Assembly (NCBI GenBank): GCA_045635885.1
Contig: JAZTWO010000076.1
Location: 15,054 to 79,053, forward strand
Direction of reading: 5' to 3'
Source: Eubacteriales bacterium
GTDB lineage: Bacteria; Bacillota; Clostridia; Oscillospirales; CAG-272
DNA: 64,000 nt
Of the stretch, positions 27,526 through 36,724 are shown piece by piece. Each line of letters opens with the position of its first letter. The first letter of the stretch is position 1. Under the pieces are notes generated by a model. The model worked only from the letters and a program-made list of their open reading frames with translations. It was not told the DNA's origin and ran no database searches. The position numbers and the translations under genes are program-made.

Positions 27526-29526
27526 TTAAACATCAATATCCTTAATATACTCGCTACCGTGTTCGGCGATGAATTTTTTGCGGGCGGCGAGGTCGTCGCC
27601 AAGGAGAGTTTCAAACATCACTTCGGTGAGATATGGGTCTGCGGGGTCAACGGAGATGAGTCGACGTGTTTCGGGATTCATTGTTGTTTCCCACATCATT
27701 TCGGGCTCGTTTTCGCCAAGTCCCTTTGAACGCTGAATTGTATATTTTGTGCCTTCAAGCTTCTTTAATATTGCCGCTTTTTCAAATTCGTCAAATGCGA
27801 AATAGGTCTTGTCCTTTGTTGTGATTTCAAAAAGGGGAGTTTCAGCGATGAACACCTTATGCTCGGCAAGAAGTGTGGGGAGCAAACGATAGAAGAGTGT
27901 CAAAAGAAGCGTTCTGATCTGGAAGCCGTCTTCGTCGGCATCGGTACAAAGAATGATCTTTGACCATTTGAGGTCATTAATGTCAAACGGGTCGATATTG
28001 CCCTTAACCTTGCCTTTAATTTCAACACCGCATCCGATTACACGGAGAAGGTCGGTGATTACTTCGCTCTTGAAAATCTTATCATATGAGCTTTTAAGAC
28101 AGTTAAGAGTTTTACCTCTAACGGGAATAATCGCCTGGAATTCTGCATTTCTGCCGAGTTTACAAGAGGTTAACGCAGAGTCACCCTCAACGATGTAAAG
28201 CTCACGAACTGCGGGGTCTTTGCTTCGACAGTTAACAAACTTTTCAACCTTATTTGAAAAGTCCATTTTGCTTTTAAGACTTTCTTTAAGCTGAATTCTT
28301 GTTTTTTCTGCGGTTTCACGTGAACGCCTGTTCAAAAGCACCTGATTTGCGAAAACCTCTGCTTCGATGGGATGCTCCATAAAGTAGATTTCAAGATTTT
28401 TCTTCAAAAATTCCGTCATCGCTTCATAAATGAAGGTATTGGTGATGGATTTCTTTGTCTGGTTTTCGTAAGATGTCATTGTTGAAAAGCTGTTTATAAC
28501 AAGGCACAAACAGTCTGCAACGTCGGTGAACTGAATTTTTGATTCAGTTTTGTTATATTTATTTGCATTTTTAATATATTTATCAAGTGCATAAACAAAG
28601 GCAACCTTAACCGCCTTGTCGGGTGAGCCACCATGCTCAAGGTAACTTGAGTTGTGGTAATATTCAAGTCTGTTTACAGTATTTGAAACGCAGAAAGAGA
28701 AGTCTGCCTTAAGTTTATATTCGTCCTTATCGTTTCTATCTCTACCTTGAGTTTCAAGATGCCACAAAACCGGCTCTGTAGCTGCGCTTTCGCCACACAT
28801 TTCTTTGATATAATCAGAAATACCGTGTTCGTATTTGAATGACTTTTTAGAGAATTTTTTGCCATCTTCTTCAACGTTGAGTTCAAATTCGATGCCTGAA
28901 TTGATTACTGCCTGACGGTGAAGAGTTTCTTCAAAGAATGAGTGAGGAATGTTTATATCTGTGAAAACGTCAAGGTCGGGTTTCCAACGAATTACTGTAC
29001 CTGTTCGTTTTTCGCCCCTTGCAAGCTCACGTGTTTTAAGTTCACTTACAGGCTCACCCTTTCTAAAGTGAATGGAACGCTCATAAACACCGTCATAGGA
29101 ATAAACGTCCATATATTCAGAGCTATACTGAGTTGCGCAAGCACCAAGACCGTTAAGACCGAGGGAATATTCATAAGCAGATTCTTCGTTGTTGTTATCG
29201 TATTTACCACCTGCATAAAGCTCGCAGTAAATAAGATCCCAGTTCCATCTACTCTCGGCTTCGTTATATCCAAGGGGGACACCGCGTCCGTGGTCGTCAA
29301 CTTCGATTGAGTGGTCTTTAAATGCGGTTACTTTAATAATGTCACCATGACCTTCACGGGCTTCGTCTACAGAGTTTGAAAGAATTTCAAAAAAAGAATG
29401 CTCGCAACCCTCAAGACCGTCAGAGCCGAAAATAACTCCGGGACGCATTCTTACACGGTCAGCACCCTTTAATGCTTTAATGCTTTGGTTATCATATTGT
29501 GGTGTAGAAGTTTTAGTTTTAGCCAT
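27526..29526 (-). CDS. Type IIA DNA topoisomerase subunit B (GyrB/ParE-like)
   Basis: GHKL ATPase motifs (SNSVDEA, DDHGRGVP, GLNGLGA) and Toprim motifs (LYIVEGDSA, PVRGKTLN, CTDADEDG). ATG 29526 follows GGAG; the ORF-track TTG overlaps the SD. No A-subunit gene is adjacent. Confidence 0.85.
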   Translation of the reverse strand: MAKTKTSTPQYDNQSIKALKGADRVRMRPGVIFGSDGLEGCEHSFFEILSNSVDEAREGHGDIIKVTAFKDHSIEVDDHGRGVPLGYNEAESRWNWDLIYCELYAGGKYDNNNEESAYEYSLGLNGLGACATQYSSEYMDVYSYDGVYERSIHFRKGEPVSELKTRELARGEKRTGTVIRWKPDLDVFTDINIPHSFFEETLHRQAVINSGIEFELNVEEDGKKFSKKSFKYEHGISDYIKEMCGESAATEPVLWHLETQGRDRNDKDEYKLKADFSFCVSNTVNRLEYYHNSSYLEHGGSPDKAVKVAFVYALDKYIKNANKYNKTESKIQFTDVADCLCLVINSFSTMTSYENQTKKSITNTFIYEAMTEFLKKNLEIYFMEHPIEAEVFANQVLLNRRSRETAEKTRIQLKESLKSKMDFSNKVEKFVNCRSKDPAVRELYIVEGDSALTSCKLGRNAEFQAIIPVRGKTLNCLKSSYDKIFKSEVITDLLRVIGCGVEIKGKVKGNIDPFDINDLKWSKIILCTDADEDGFQIRTLLLTLFYRLLPTLLAEHKVFIAETPLFEITTKDKTYFAFDEFEKAAILKKLEGTKYTIQRSKGLGENEPEMMWETTMNPETRRLISVDPADPYLTEVMFETLLGDDLAARKKFIAEHGSEYIKDIDV

Positions 29527-29637
29527 TTTTATCTCCAAAAATGTAATAATCTATATAATAATATAATTATACCAAAAAAAATCTCATTTGAAAAGGGTTT
29601 TTTATAAAAAAATCTCGAAAAATCAACTATTTTTCTA

Positions 29638-29666
29638 TTGCAAAAATGAAGAAAAAACGATATAAT
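29638..29666 (+). promoter_or_regulatory. Sigma-A promoter upstream of murD
   Basis: TTGCAA, a 17-nt spacer, then TATAAT, located 34 nt before the murD ATG. Confidence 0.65.
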
Positions 29667-29699
29667 ATAAAATAGGAGATTTTGTTTTTGGAGGCAGGT

Positions 29700-31124
29700 A
29701 TGAAAACAGTTGAACTCATTAAAAACAGAATAGGAAATAAGCGTTGTGCCGTGCTTGGATTTGGCGTTTCAAACGTGCCTTTGGTTGAGGTTTTGCTTGA
29801 ATGCGGAAACGAGATTACTGTGCATGATAAAAAAGAAATTGAAAATCTTGGCGAAAAAGCAAAGCTTTTTCAAAGTCAGGGTGTACACTTTGTTACAGGC
29901 GAAAATTATCTTGACAATATTGATGCGGATATTATTTTCCGTTCTCCCGGAATTCGTCCCGACTATGACGGCATAAAAAGAGCTGTTGAAAATGGTGCAG
30001 AGTTGACAAGTGAAATGGAGCTTTTCTTGGAGCTTACTCCTGCCTATATATTGGGTGTTACGGGAAGTGACGGAAAAACCACAACCACCACCATTGCATA
30101 TAAATTGCTTGAAAAAGAATTTGAAAATTCTGATAGACAAATTTACGTTGGTGGAAATATTGGCACTCCTTTGCTCTCAAAAGTTGGTGAGATGACCGAA
30201 AGGGATATTTGCGTGCTTGAGCTTTCAAGCTTTCAACTTTTCACCGCAAAAAAATCGCCCCACCGTGCTATTATCACCAATCTTTCGCCAAATCATCTTG
30301 ACTGGCACAAGGATATGCAAGAGTATGTTGAGGCAAAGACCAACATTTATAAGCATGGTTGCACAAAATTGACTATTAATGGCAACAATGAGCTTTCAAA
30401 AGAGCTTTGGGTTGCAGATGATATTGAATTGGCATTGTTTTCTGTTGATTATTCCTATGATGATATAGTTGAAAAATATAAAGACAAACCCGAGGAAAAA
30501 TCAAAATCTGCAATGTTTGTTTATGAAGGAAGCATTTACCGTTATTATAATAATCATGTGTTAAACGTATTAAATCTTGAGTCTATATTGATTCCCGGCA
30601 GACACAATATAGAGAATTATATGGCGGCTATTTCTCTTACTTGGGGAATGGTTTCAGAACCGACTATTAAATATATTGCAAAGACATTTGGTGGTGTTGA
30701 GCATCGCCTTGAACTTGTTCGTGTGTTTGATGAAGTATTATACATAAATAGCTCGATTGACTCAAGTCCAACACGCACTGCAGCGGCATTGTCTGCCTTG
30801 CCAATAAAGCCAATTGTTATTTGTGGCGGATATGACAAGCATATACCATTTGAACCATTAGCCGATGCGTTGAACGAAAAAGCCAAAGCGGTTATTTTAA
30901 CGGGTGCTACCGCCGAAAAGATAAATTCTGTGTTAGAAGCAAGTTGCTCAACAATAGATATTTATCTTGAAAAAGATTTCGAAAAAGCCGTAAAATTAGC
31001 AAGGGATATAGCGAACAAAAGTGATATAGTTTTGCTTTCGCCTGCATGTGCAAGCTTTGATGCTTTTGATAATTTTATGCAACGTGGAAATAGATTTAAA
31101 GAAATTGTAAACGAATTTAAATAG
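29700..31124 (+). CDS. murD: UDP-N-acetylmuramoylalanine--D-glutamate ligase
   Basis: Mur ligase P-loop GVTGSDGKTTTT and N-terminal GFGVSN. ATG 29700 follows GGAGG. Confidence 0.9.
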   Translation: MKTVELIKNRIGNKRCAVLGFGVSNVPLVEVLLECGNEITVHDKKEIENLGEKAKLFQSQGVHFVTGENYLDNIDADIIFRSPGIRPDYDGIKRAVENGAELTSEMELFLELTPAYILGVTGSDGKTTTTTIAYKLLEKEFENSDRQIYVGGNIGTPLLSKVGEMTERDICVLELSSFQLFTAKKSPHRAIITNLSPNHLDWHKDMQEYVEAKTNIYKHGCTKLTINGNNELSKELWVADDIELALFSVDYSYDDIVEKYKDKPEEKSKSAMFVYEGSIYRYYNNHVLNVLNLESILIPGRHNIENYMAAISLTWGMVSEPTIKYIAKTFGGVEHRLELVRVFDEVLYINSSIDSSPTRTAAALSALPIKPIVICGGYDKHIPFEPLADALNEKAKAVILTGATAEKINSVLEASCSTIDIYLEKDFEKAVKLARDIANKSDIVLLSPACASFDAFDNFMQRGNRFKEIVNEFK

Positions 31125-31137
31125 ATTGGAGAAAGTT

Positions 31138-32193
31138 ATGGAACTTAAAAAGTTAATTGTTGACCTTTCAGGCCTTATGTCCATTGGTGGATTTGAAAGA
31201 TTTGAAAGAGAAAAATTACTTTCACTCGTTGGCAACGAATTTGACGAGTGTTATCTTGATAACGTGGGCAACCAGATTTTTGTTAAAAAATGTGGCAAAG
31301 AAAATGCCCCCAAAATTATGCTTGACGCACATATGGACGAAATCGGTATGTATGTTACCGAAATTCTTGACGGAGGTTTTCTTCGTGTTATAAATATTGG
31401 TGGAATTGACACTCATATTTTGCAGGCAAGTGATGTAATCATCTATGGAAAAGAAGAAAGACTTTTTGGTGTAATTGCATCAACTCCCCCTCACCTTGCA
31501 AGTGGTGACGGTAAGAAGCTCCCTCAAATCGACGAGCTTTTGATTGATACTTGTCTTACCAAAGAAGAACTTGAAAGTAAAATTAGAATTGGCACACCCG
31601 TTGGATTTGCTCCCAAGTATACAGAGATACTTAACAATAAAATTATGGGCAAGAGCTTTGACGATAAGGCGTGTGCGGCTTGTGCAATTTACGCAACTGC
31701 TACAACACCACGTGAAGAGCTTGCAGGCGACGTTTACGTTATGCTTTCTTGTTGTGAAGAAGTAACTAACATGGTTGCTCCGGGTGCTTATTCTATCAAT
31801 CCCGATTATGCAATGAGCATTGACGTAAATCTCGGCAGAGTTCCCGGAACAAAGAAAGAGGAGACTGTTGAACTTGCAAAAGGTCCTTCAATAACAATTT
31901 CTGCGGTTACTGACAGAAAGCTTACGAATATGCTTATTGATGAGGCAAAAGAAAAGGAAATTCCTTATCAAATTTCAGTTTCCCCAACAAATACAGGAAC
32001 AAATGCCACATCAATTCAACTTGCAAGAGAGGGAATTCCTACAGTTGACGTTGGATTACCATTGACTTCAATGCATACATATAACGAAATTATTTCTCTT
32101 GATGATGCACAAACACTTTGTGATCTTGCGTCCGCATTCATTAAGAGCGAAAAAATAGCAAACGAATTTGGCAAAGGAGGACTTGTATTATGA
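31138..32193 (+). CDS. M42 family (FrvX/CelM/TET-like) aminopeptidase, copy 1 (most divergent)
   Basis: Motifs HMDEIG, FDDKAC (in place of DDRAG), CCEEV and a C-terminal SMHT. ATG 31138 follows GGAG. Confidence 0.8.
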   Translation: MELKKLIVDLSGLMSIGGFERFEREKLLSLVGNEFDECYLDNVGNQIFVKKCGKENAPKIMLDAHMDEIGMYVTEILDGGFLRVINIGGIDTHILQASDVIIYGKEERLFGVIASTPPHLASGDGKKLPQIDELLIDTCLTKEELESKIRIGTPVGFAPKYTEILNNKIMGKSFDDKACAACAIYATATTPREELAGDVYVMLSCCEEVTNMVAPGAYSINPDYAMSIDVNLGRVPGTKKEETVELAKGPSITISAVTDRKLTNMLIDEAKEKEIPYQISVSPTNTGTNATSIQLAREGIPTVDVGLPLTSMHTYNEIISLDDAQTLCDLASAFIKSEKIANEFGKGGLVL

Positions 32194-33251
32194 GATTAAA
32201 CGGTGTTGAGCTTTTAGAATATCTTTGCCAAAAATTCGGTCCTACAGGATTTGAAAAAGAGGTTGCAGATGCTATTATCGAGCAACTTGAAGACAACTGT
32301 GACAAAATTGCTAAAGATACATTTGGTAACGTATACGCACTTGTTAAGGGTGAAAGTAGCGATAGAGTTATGATTTCTTCCCATATGGACGAAGTTGGAT
32401 TTATGATTACCGATATTGATAGTGACGGATATATTAAATTTGCAAATCTTGGTGGCATTGACCCCAAGGTGCTTTACGGCAAACAAGTTGTTCTTGGCAA
32501 CGAAAAAACAAAGATAAACGGTGTTATTGCAGCAAAGGCAATTCACCACAAGAGAAGAGAAGATAGATTTTCTGTTACTCCAATAAATGAGATGTATATT
32601 GATATTGGCGCAAAGGATGCAGATGAGGTGAAGGGATATGTAAACATCGGTGATTTTGGCGTGTTTAACTCTGATTTCGTTTTCTTTGGAACCGATAACA
32701 AATATATGAAGGGTAAAGCTATTGACGATAGAGCAGGTTGTTGCGCTATGATTGAAATAATCAGAAAGATTAGAGAAAATAATATTACTCTTCCTTTTGA
32801 TACATATTTCTGCTTTACAGTAAGAGAAGAAGTTGGACTTTCAGGTGCAAGAGTTGCCGCAGAAAAGGTTAAGCCCTCTCGTGCAATTATTCTTGAAAGC
32901 ACCGCTATTGGTGATATTGCAGGTGCGCCTGCACACAAGAGAGTTGCAGACGTTGGAAGTGGTGGGGTTATATCTTTGATGGATAGATCCACAATCTATG
33001 ATACCGATTTCGTTAATTTTACACTTGATACAGCAAAAAGCAATGATATAAAAGCGCAAGTTAAGAGATATGTTTCAGGCGGTAACGATGCTGGACATAT
33101 TCATAAATCAGGAAAGGGTGTTAAATGCGTTGCCATTTCTATGGGTACAAGATATTTGCATTCACCTGCTTGCGTTGCAAGTATAGAGGATTATGAGTCA
33201 ATCAGAGAGCTTGTTTTTGCAATGCTCAAAAATATGAAAGCGGAGGTTTAA
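32190..33251 (+). CDS. M42 family aminopeptidase, copy 2
   Basis: Motifs HMDEVG, IDDRAGC, REEVGLSGA and YLHSP. ATGA start/stop overlap with copy 1. Confidence 0.85.
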   Translation: MRLNGVELLEYLCQKFGPTGFEKEVADAIIEQLEDNCDKIAKDTFGNVYALVKGESSDRVMISSHMDEVGFMITDIDSDGYIKFANLGGIDPKVLYGKQVVLGNEKTKINGVIAAKAIHHKRREDRFSVTPINEMYIDIGAKDADEVKGYVNIGDFGVFNSDFVFFGTDNKYMKGKAIDDRAGCCAMIEIIRKIRENNITLPFDTYFCFTVREEVGLSGARVAAEKVKPSRAIILESTAIGDIAGAPAHKRVADVGSGGVISLMDRSTIYDTDFVNFTLDTAKSNDIKAQVKRYVSGGNDAGHIHKSGKGVKCVAISMGTRYLHSPACVASIEDYESIRELVFAMLKNMKAEV

Positions 33252-33255
33252 TATT

Positions 33256-34251
33256 ATGTATAATACACTTAAAACTATTACACTTGTTCACGGAGTTTCT
33301 GGCAAAGAGCACCGTGTTGCTAATACACTTAAAGAAATGATTGCACCTTATTGTGATGAGTCACATATTGATGCTATGGGCAATCTTATTGCAGTTAAAA
33401 AGGGTACATCTGCAAATCCCAAAAAGGTTTTGCTTTGCGGACATATGGACGAAATTGGTTTTATCGTTAACTTTGTTGAAGATAACGGATTTGTTCGTGT
33501 AGCTCCCATTGGCGGCATTAACTGGGTTGCTTGTGCATTTGGTGAAGTTGTGTCTGATAAGGGCATTCACGGTGTGCTTGTTCCCAATTCAGGAACAAAG
33601 GCAAGCGATTTTGCCCCTGATCTTTTCTACATCGACATTGGTGCAGATAATAAGAAAAATGCAGAAAGAAAAGTTAAAATTGGTGATACGTTTGTTCTTA
33701 AATCCAATCTTACAAAGCTTAATGCAAATAGAGTTGTTGGTCGTCCACTTGATGATAGAGCAGGTTGCGGCATAGTTCTTGAAATTGCAAATAGAATTGC
33801 AAAAGAACCCGTAGCGGATGACGTTTACTATGTATTCAGCGTTCAAGAAGAGGTTGGATGCCGTGGTTCAAAAACTGCAGCTTTTGCAATTGGAGCAGAC
33901 GTTTCTCTTACATTCGACGTAACAGGCACGGGTGATACTGCAGGTTCAAAGCCCATGGCAGTTAAACTTGGTGGCGGTGCCGCAATAAAAATTAAGGATG
34001 CTTCTGTAATTTGCGACTCTGAGGTTGTAGAAAAGCTTACTCGTATCGCAAAGGAAAAGAATATTAAGAGTCAGCACGAAATTCTTGCTTACGGTGGAAC
34101 TGATACATCATCCATTCAGATGACAGGCGCAGGATGCCGTGCAGGTGCTATTTCAATTCCTTCAAGATATATTCACTCAGGAGTTGAAATGATTGACATG
34201 AACGACTATAAGGCATGTATTGACCTTGCAGTTGAATTTATTAAGGAATAA
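33256..34251 (+). CDS. M42 family aminopeptidase, copy 3
   Basis: Motifs HMDEIG, LDDRAGC, QEEVGCRGS and YIHSG; GGAGG SD. Confidence 0.85.
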   Translation: MYNTLKTITLVHGVSGKEHRVANTLKEMIAPYCDESHIDAMGNLIAVKKGTSANPKKVLLCGHMDEIGFIVNFVEDNGFVRVAPIGGINWVACAFGEVVSDKGIHGVLVPNSGTKASDFAPDLFYIDIGADNKKNAERKVKIGDTFVLKSNLTKLNANRVVGRPLDDRAGCGIVLEIANRIAKEPVADDVYYVFSVQEEVGCRGSKTAAFAIGADVSLTFDVTGTGDTAGSKPMAVKLGGGAAIKIKDASVICDSEVVEKLTRIAKEKNIKSQHEILAYGGTDTSSIQMTGAGCRAGAISIPSRYIHSGVEMIDMNDYKACIDLAVEFIKE

Positions 34252-34256
34252 TAGAT

Positions 34257-35516
34257 ATGGAATTTTCAAATGAAGTTATAAAGCTTGTGGGCGAAGCTGA
34301 AATCGCCCTCAAGGAAACCTTTGAAGAAATTGACAGAATTTCTTTTAAAAATACTCAAAAGGTAATGAATGCTTTTGCTAACCACAGAGTTTCAGACGGT
34401 ATGTTTGGTTCAACAAGTGGCTATGGTTATGACGATAAGGGCAGGGACGTGCTTGATGAAATTTGGGCAGAGGTTTTTGGTTGTGAATCAGCATTGGTAA
34501 GACATTCTATAGTTAGTGGAACACACGCTCTTACTATAGGTCTTTTTGGGCTTTTGCGCCCAGGCGATATTATGCTTTCAGTTGCAGGCAAGCCCTATGA
34601 TACGCTTGAAGAGGTAATTGGAATTGTTGGTGAAGCAGGAAACGGCTCGCTTAAGGATTTTGGCGTTGAATATCGCCAAATTGAGCTTAAGGATGACGGA
34701 ACTTTTGATTATGAAACCGTTGGCAGAGAATTGAAAGTAAATGCGCAGAAAATCAAAATGGTATTTATTCAGCGTTCAAAGGGTTATCTTAACAGAAGAA
34801 CTCTTACAGTTGATGAAATTGGCGAAATGGCTCGTTTTGTTAAGTCGCTTTCTCCCGAAACTTACGTTGTAGTTGACAACTGTTATGGTGAATTCGTTGA
34901 AGAAAAAGAGCCGGTTGCTGTTGGCGCAGACCTTTGTATCGGATCACTTATAAAAAATCCCGGTGGCGGTATGGCAGAAACAGGTGGATATTTTGCAGGA
35001 ACTAAAAAGGCGATTGAACTCGTTTCTTACCGTTTGACTTCTCCCGGAACTGGTGCAGAGGTTGGTGCAACAATCGGACAAAATAAGAATATGTATAAGG
35101 GTCTTTTCTATGCTCCACATACAACTGCGCAGGCACTTAAAACGGGTTATCTTGCGGCATATATGTTTGAAAAAATGGGATACAATGCTGCTCCAAAGTG
35201 GAATGAAAAGCGTTCCGATATAATTCAGTCCGTTATTACAGGCGACCCTGAAATTCTTTGTGCTTTTTGTCGTGGAATTCAGGCGGGCTCTCCCGTTGAT
35301 GCATATGTTACTCCTGAACCTTGGGATATGCCCGGATATACCGATAAGGTAATTATGGCGGCAGGCGCATTCACACAGGGTTCTTCAATTGAGCTTTCTG
35401 CAGATGGGCCCATTAGACCTCCATACACCGTATATTTCCAAGGCGGATTGACATACGAAAGTGGTAAAATTGGCATTATGAGTGCGGCGCAGACCGTTAT
35501 GAATTTGAAAAAATGA
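34257..35516 (+). CDS. YnbB-like PLP-dependent enzyme ('aluminium resistance' / Cys-Met metabolism fold)
   Basis: 419 aa with motifs SGYGYDDKGRD and SGTHAL, typical of the YnbB family. Confidence 0.75.
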   Translation: MEFSNEVIKLVGEAEIALKETFEEIDRISFKNTQKVMNAFANHRVSDGMFGSTSGYGYDDKGRDVLDEIWAEVFGCESALVRHSIVSGTHALTIGLFGLLRPGDIMLSVAGKPYDTLEEVIGIVGEAGNGSLKDFGVEYRQIELKDDGTFDYETVGRELKVNAQKIKMVFIQRSKGYLNRRTLTVDEIGEMARFVKSLSPETYVVVDNCYGEFVEEKEPVAVGADLCIGSLIKNPGGGMAETGGYFAGTKKAIELVSYRLTSPGTGAEVGATIGQNKNMYKGLFYAPHTTAQALKTGYLAAYMFEKMGYNAAPKWNEKRSDIIQSVITGDPEILCAFCRGIQAGSPVDAYVTPEPWDMPGYTDKVIMAAGAFTQGSSIELSADGPIRPPYTVYFQGGLTYESGKIGIMSAAQTVMNLKK

Positions 35517-36679
35517 GAGAGATATATTTAGATAATAGTGCAACAACTCCGATTTGTGAAGATGCAAAAATTAAAATGAATGAAGCTATGGAATGCTATG
35601 GCAATCCATCTTCTCTTCATTCAAAGGGATTTGATTCTTCAAAAATGATAATTGATGCACGAAATAAGATACTAACCTCGCTTTTTGTAAGAAACGGAAA
35701 GCCCGAAAATCTCATTTTTACCGCAGGCGGAACAGAAGCAGATAATCTTGCGCTTATGGGTGTTGCTTATGCCAAAACTCGCAGAGCGAACAGAATTATC
35801 ACAACGGATTCTGAACATTCTGCCATTGAAAATACTCTCAAAGTACTTGAAAATGATGGATTTGAGGTTGTTCGTCTTACAACTAAAAACGGTGTTATAG
35901 ACATTGATGAATTTACGTCCGCAATGAACAAAAACACATTGCTTGTTACTATGATGCACGTTAACAACGAAACGGGTGCAGTGTACAACATTAAGGAGTG
36001 CTTTAAAATTGCAAAGCAGGTAAATCCCGACGTTGTAACACATACAGATGCGGTGCAATCCTATATGAAGCTTAAGGTTTCTCCAACAGAACTCTGCGCT
36101 GATTTGATAAGTATTAGCGCACATAAAATTCATGGTCCAAAGGGAATAGGTGCACTTTACGTTAGCCCCGATGTAATTAAGAAAAAGCAAATAAAAGCAA
36201 TTATTTACGGCGGTGGGCAGGAGTTTGGCTTCCGTTCAGGCACTGAAAATCTTATTGGTATTGCAGGCTTTGGTGCGGCGGCATATAGGGGATTTAAAAA
36301 CCTTGCCAAAGACGTAACTACAATGCGTGAGCTTCGTACATATGCCCTTGAAAAGCTTTCAAGCCTCAATGTTAGAGTTAATTTGCCAAAAGGTGAGTGT
36401 GCTCCGCACATCATTAATATAACCTTACCGTCAATTAAAAGCGAAACGATGCTTCACCATCTTTCTGCAAAGGGGATTTATGTTTCAAGCGGCTCTGCTT
36501 GTTCTTCAAACTCTGCTACAAAAAAGATTAGCCGTGCGCTTCGTGGCTTTGGACTTACTGATTTTGATGCTGATTGTTCAATGAGAATTAGTTTATCTCC
36601 TTTTAGTAAAAAAGAAGATATTGACGAATTGATTTTGGCGCTTTCAGAGGGAATTGATAAACTTGTTAAAATCAAATAA
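35513..36679 (+). CDS. Cysteine desulfurase (NifS/IscS class V aminotransferase)
   Basis: Motifs HVNNETG, SISAHKIHGPKG (PLP Lys) and SSGSACSS (catalytic Cys). ATGA overlap with the upstream gene. Confidence 0.85.
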   Translation: MREIYLDNSATTPICEDAKIKMNEAMECYGNPSSLHSKGFDSSKMIIDARNKILTSLFVRNGKPENLIFTAGGTEADNLALMGVAYAKTRRANRIITTDSEHSAIENTLKVLENDGFEVVRLTTKNGVIDIDEFTSAMNKNTLLVTMMHVNNETGAVYNIKECFKIAKQVNPDVVTHTDAVQSYMKLKVSPTELCADLISISAHKIHGPKGIGALYVSPDVIKKKQIKAIIYGGGQEFGFRSGTENLIGIAGFGAAAYRGFKNLAKDVTTMRELRTYALEKLSSLNVRVNLPKGECAPHIINITLPSIKSETMLHHLSAKGIYVSSGSACSSNSATKKISRALRGFGLTDFDADCSMRISLSPFSKKEDIDELILALSEGIDKLVKIK

Positions 36680-36680
36680 C

Positions 36681-36712
36681 AAAAAGCGGTGAGCAAATTG
36701 CTCACCGCTTAA
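36681..36712. terminator. Bidirectional terminator between the cysteine desulfurase and ATPase genes
   Basis: AAGCGGTGAGCAA-a-TTGCTCACCGCTT with A/T-rich flanks. Confidence 0.75.
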
Positions 36713-36724
36713 TTATTATTATTA

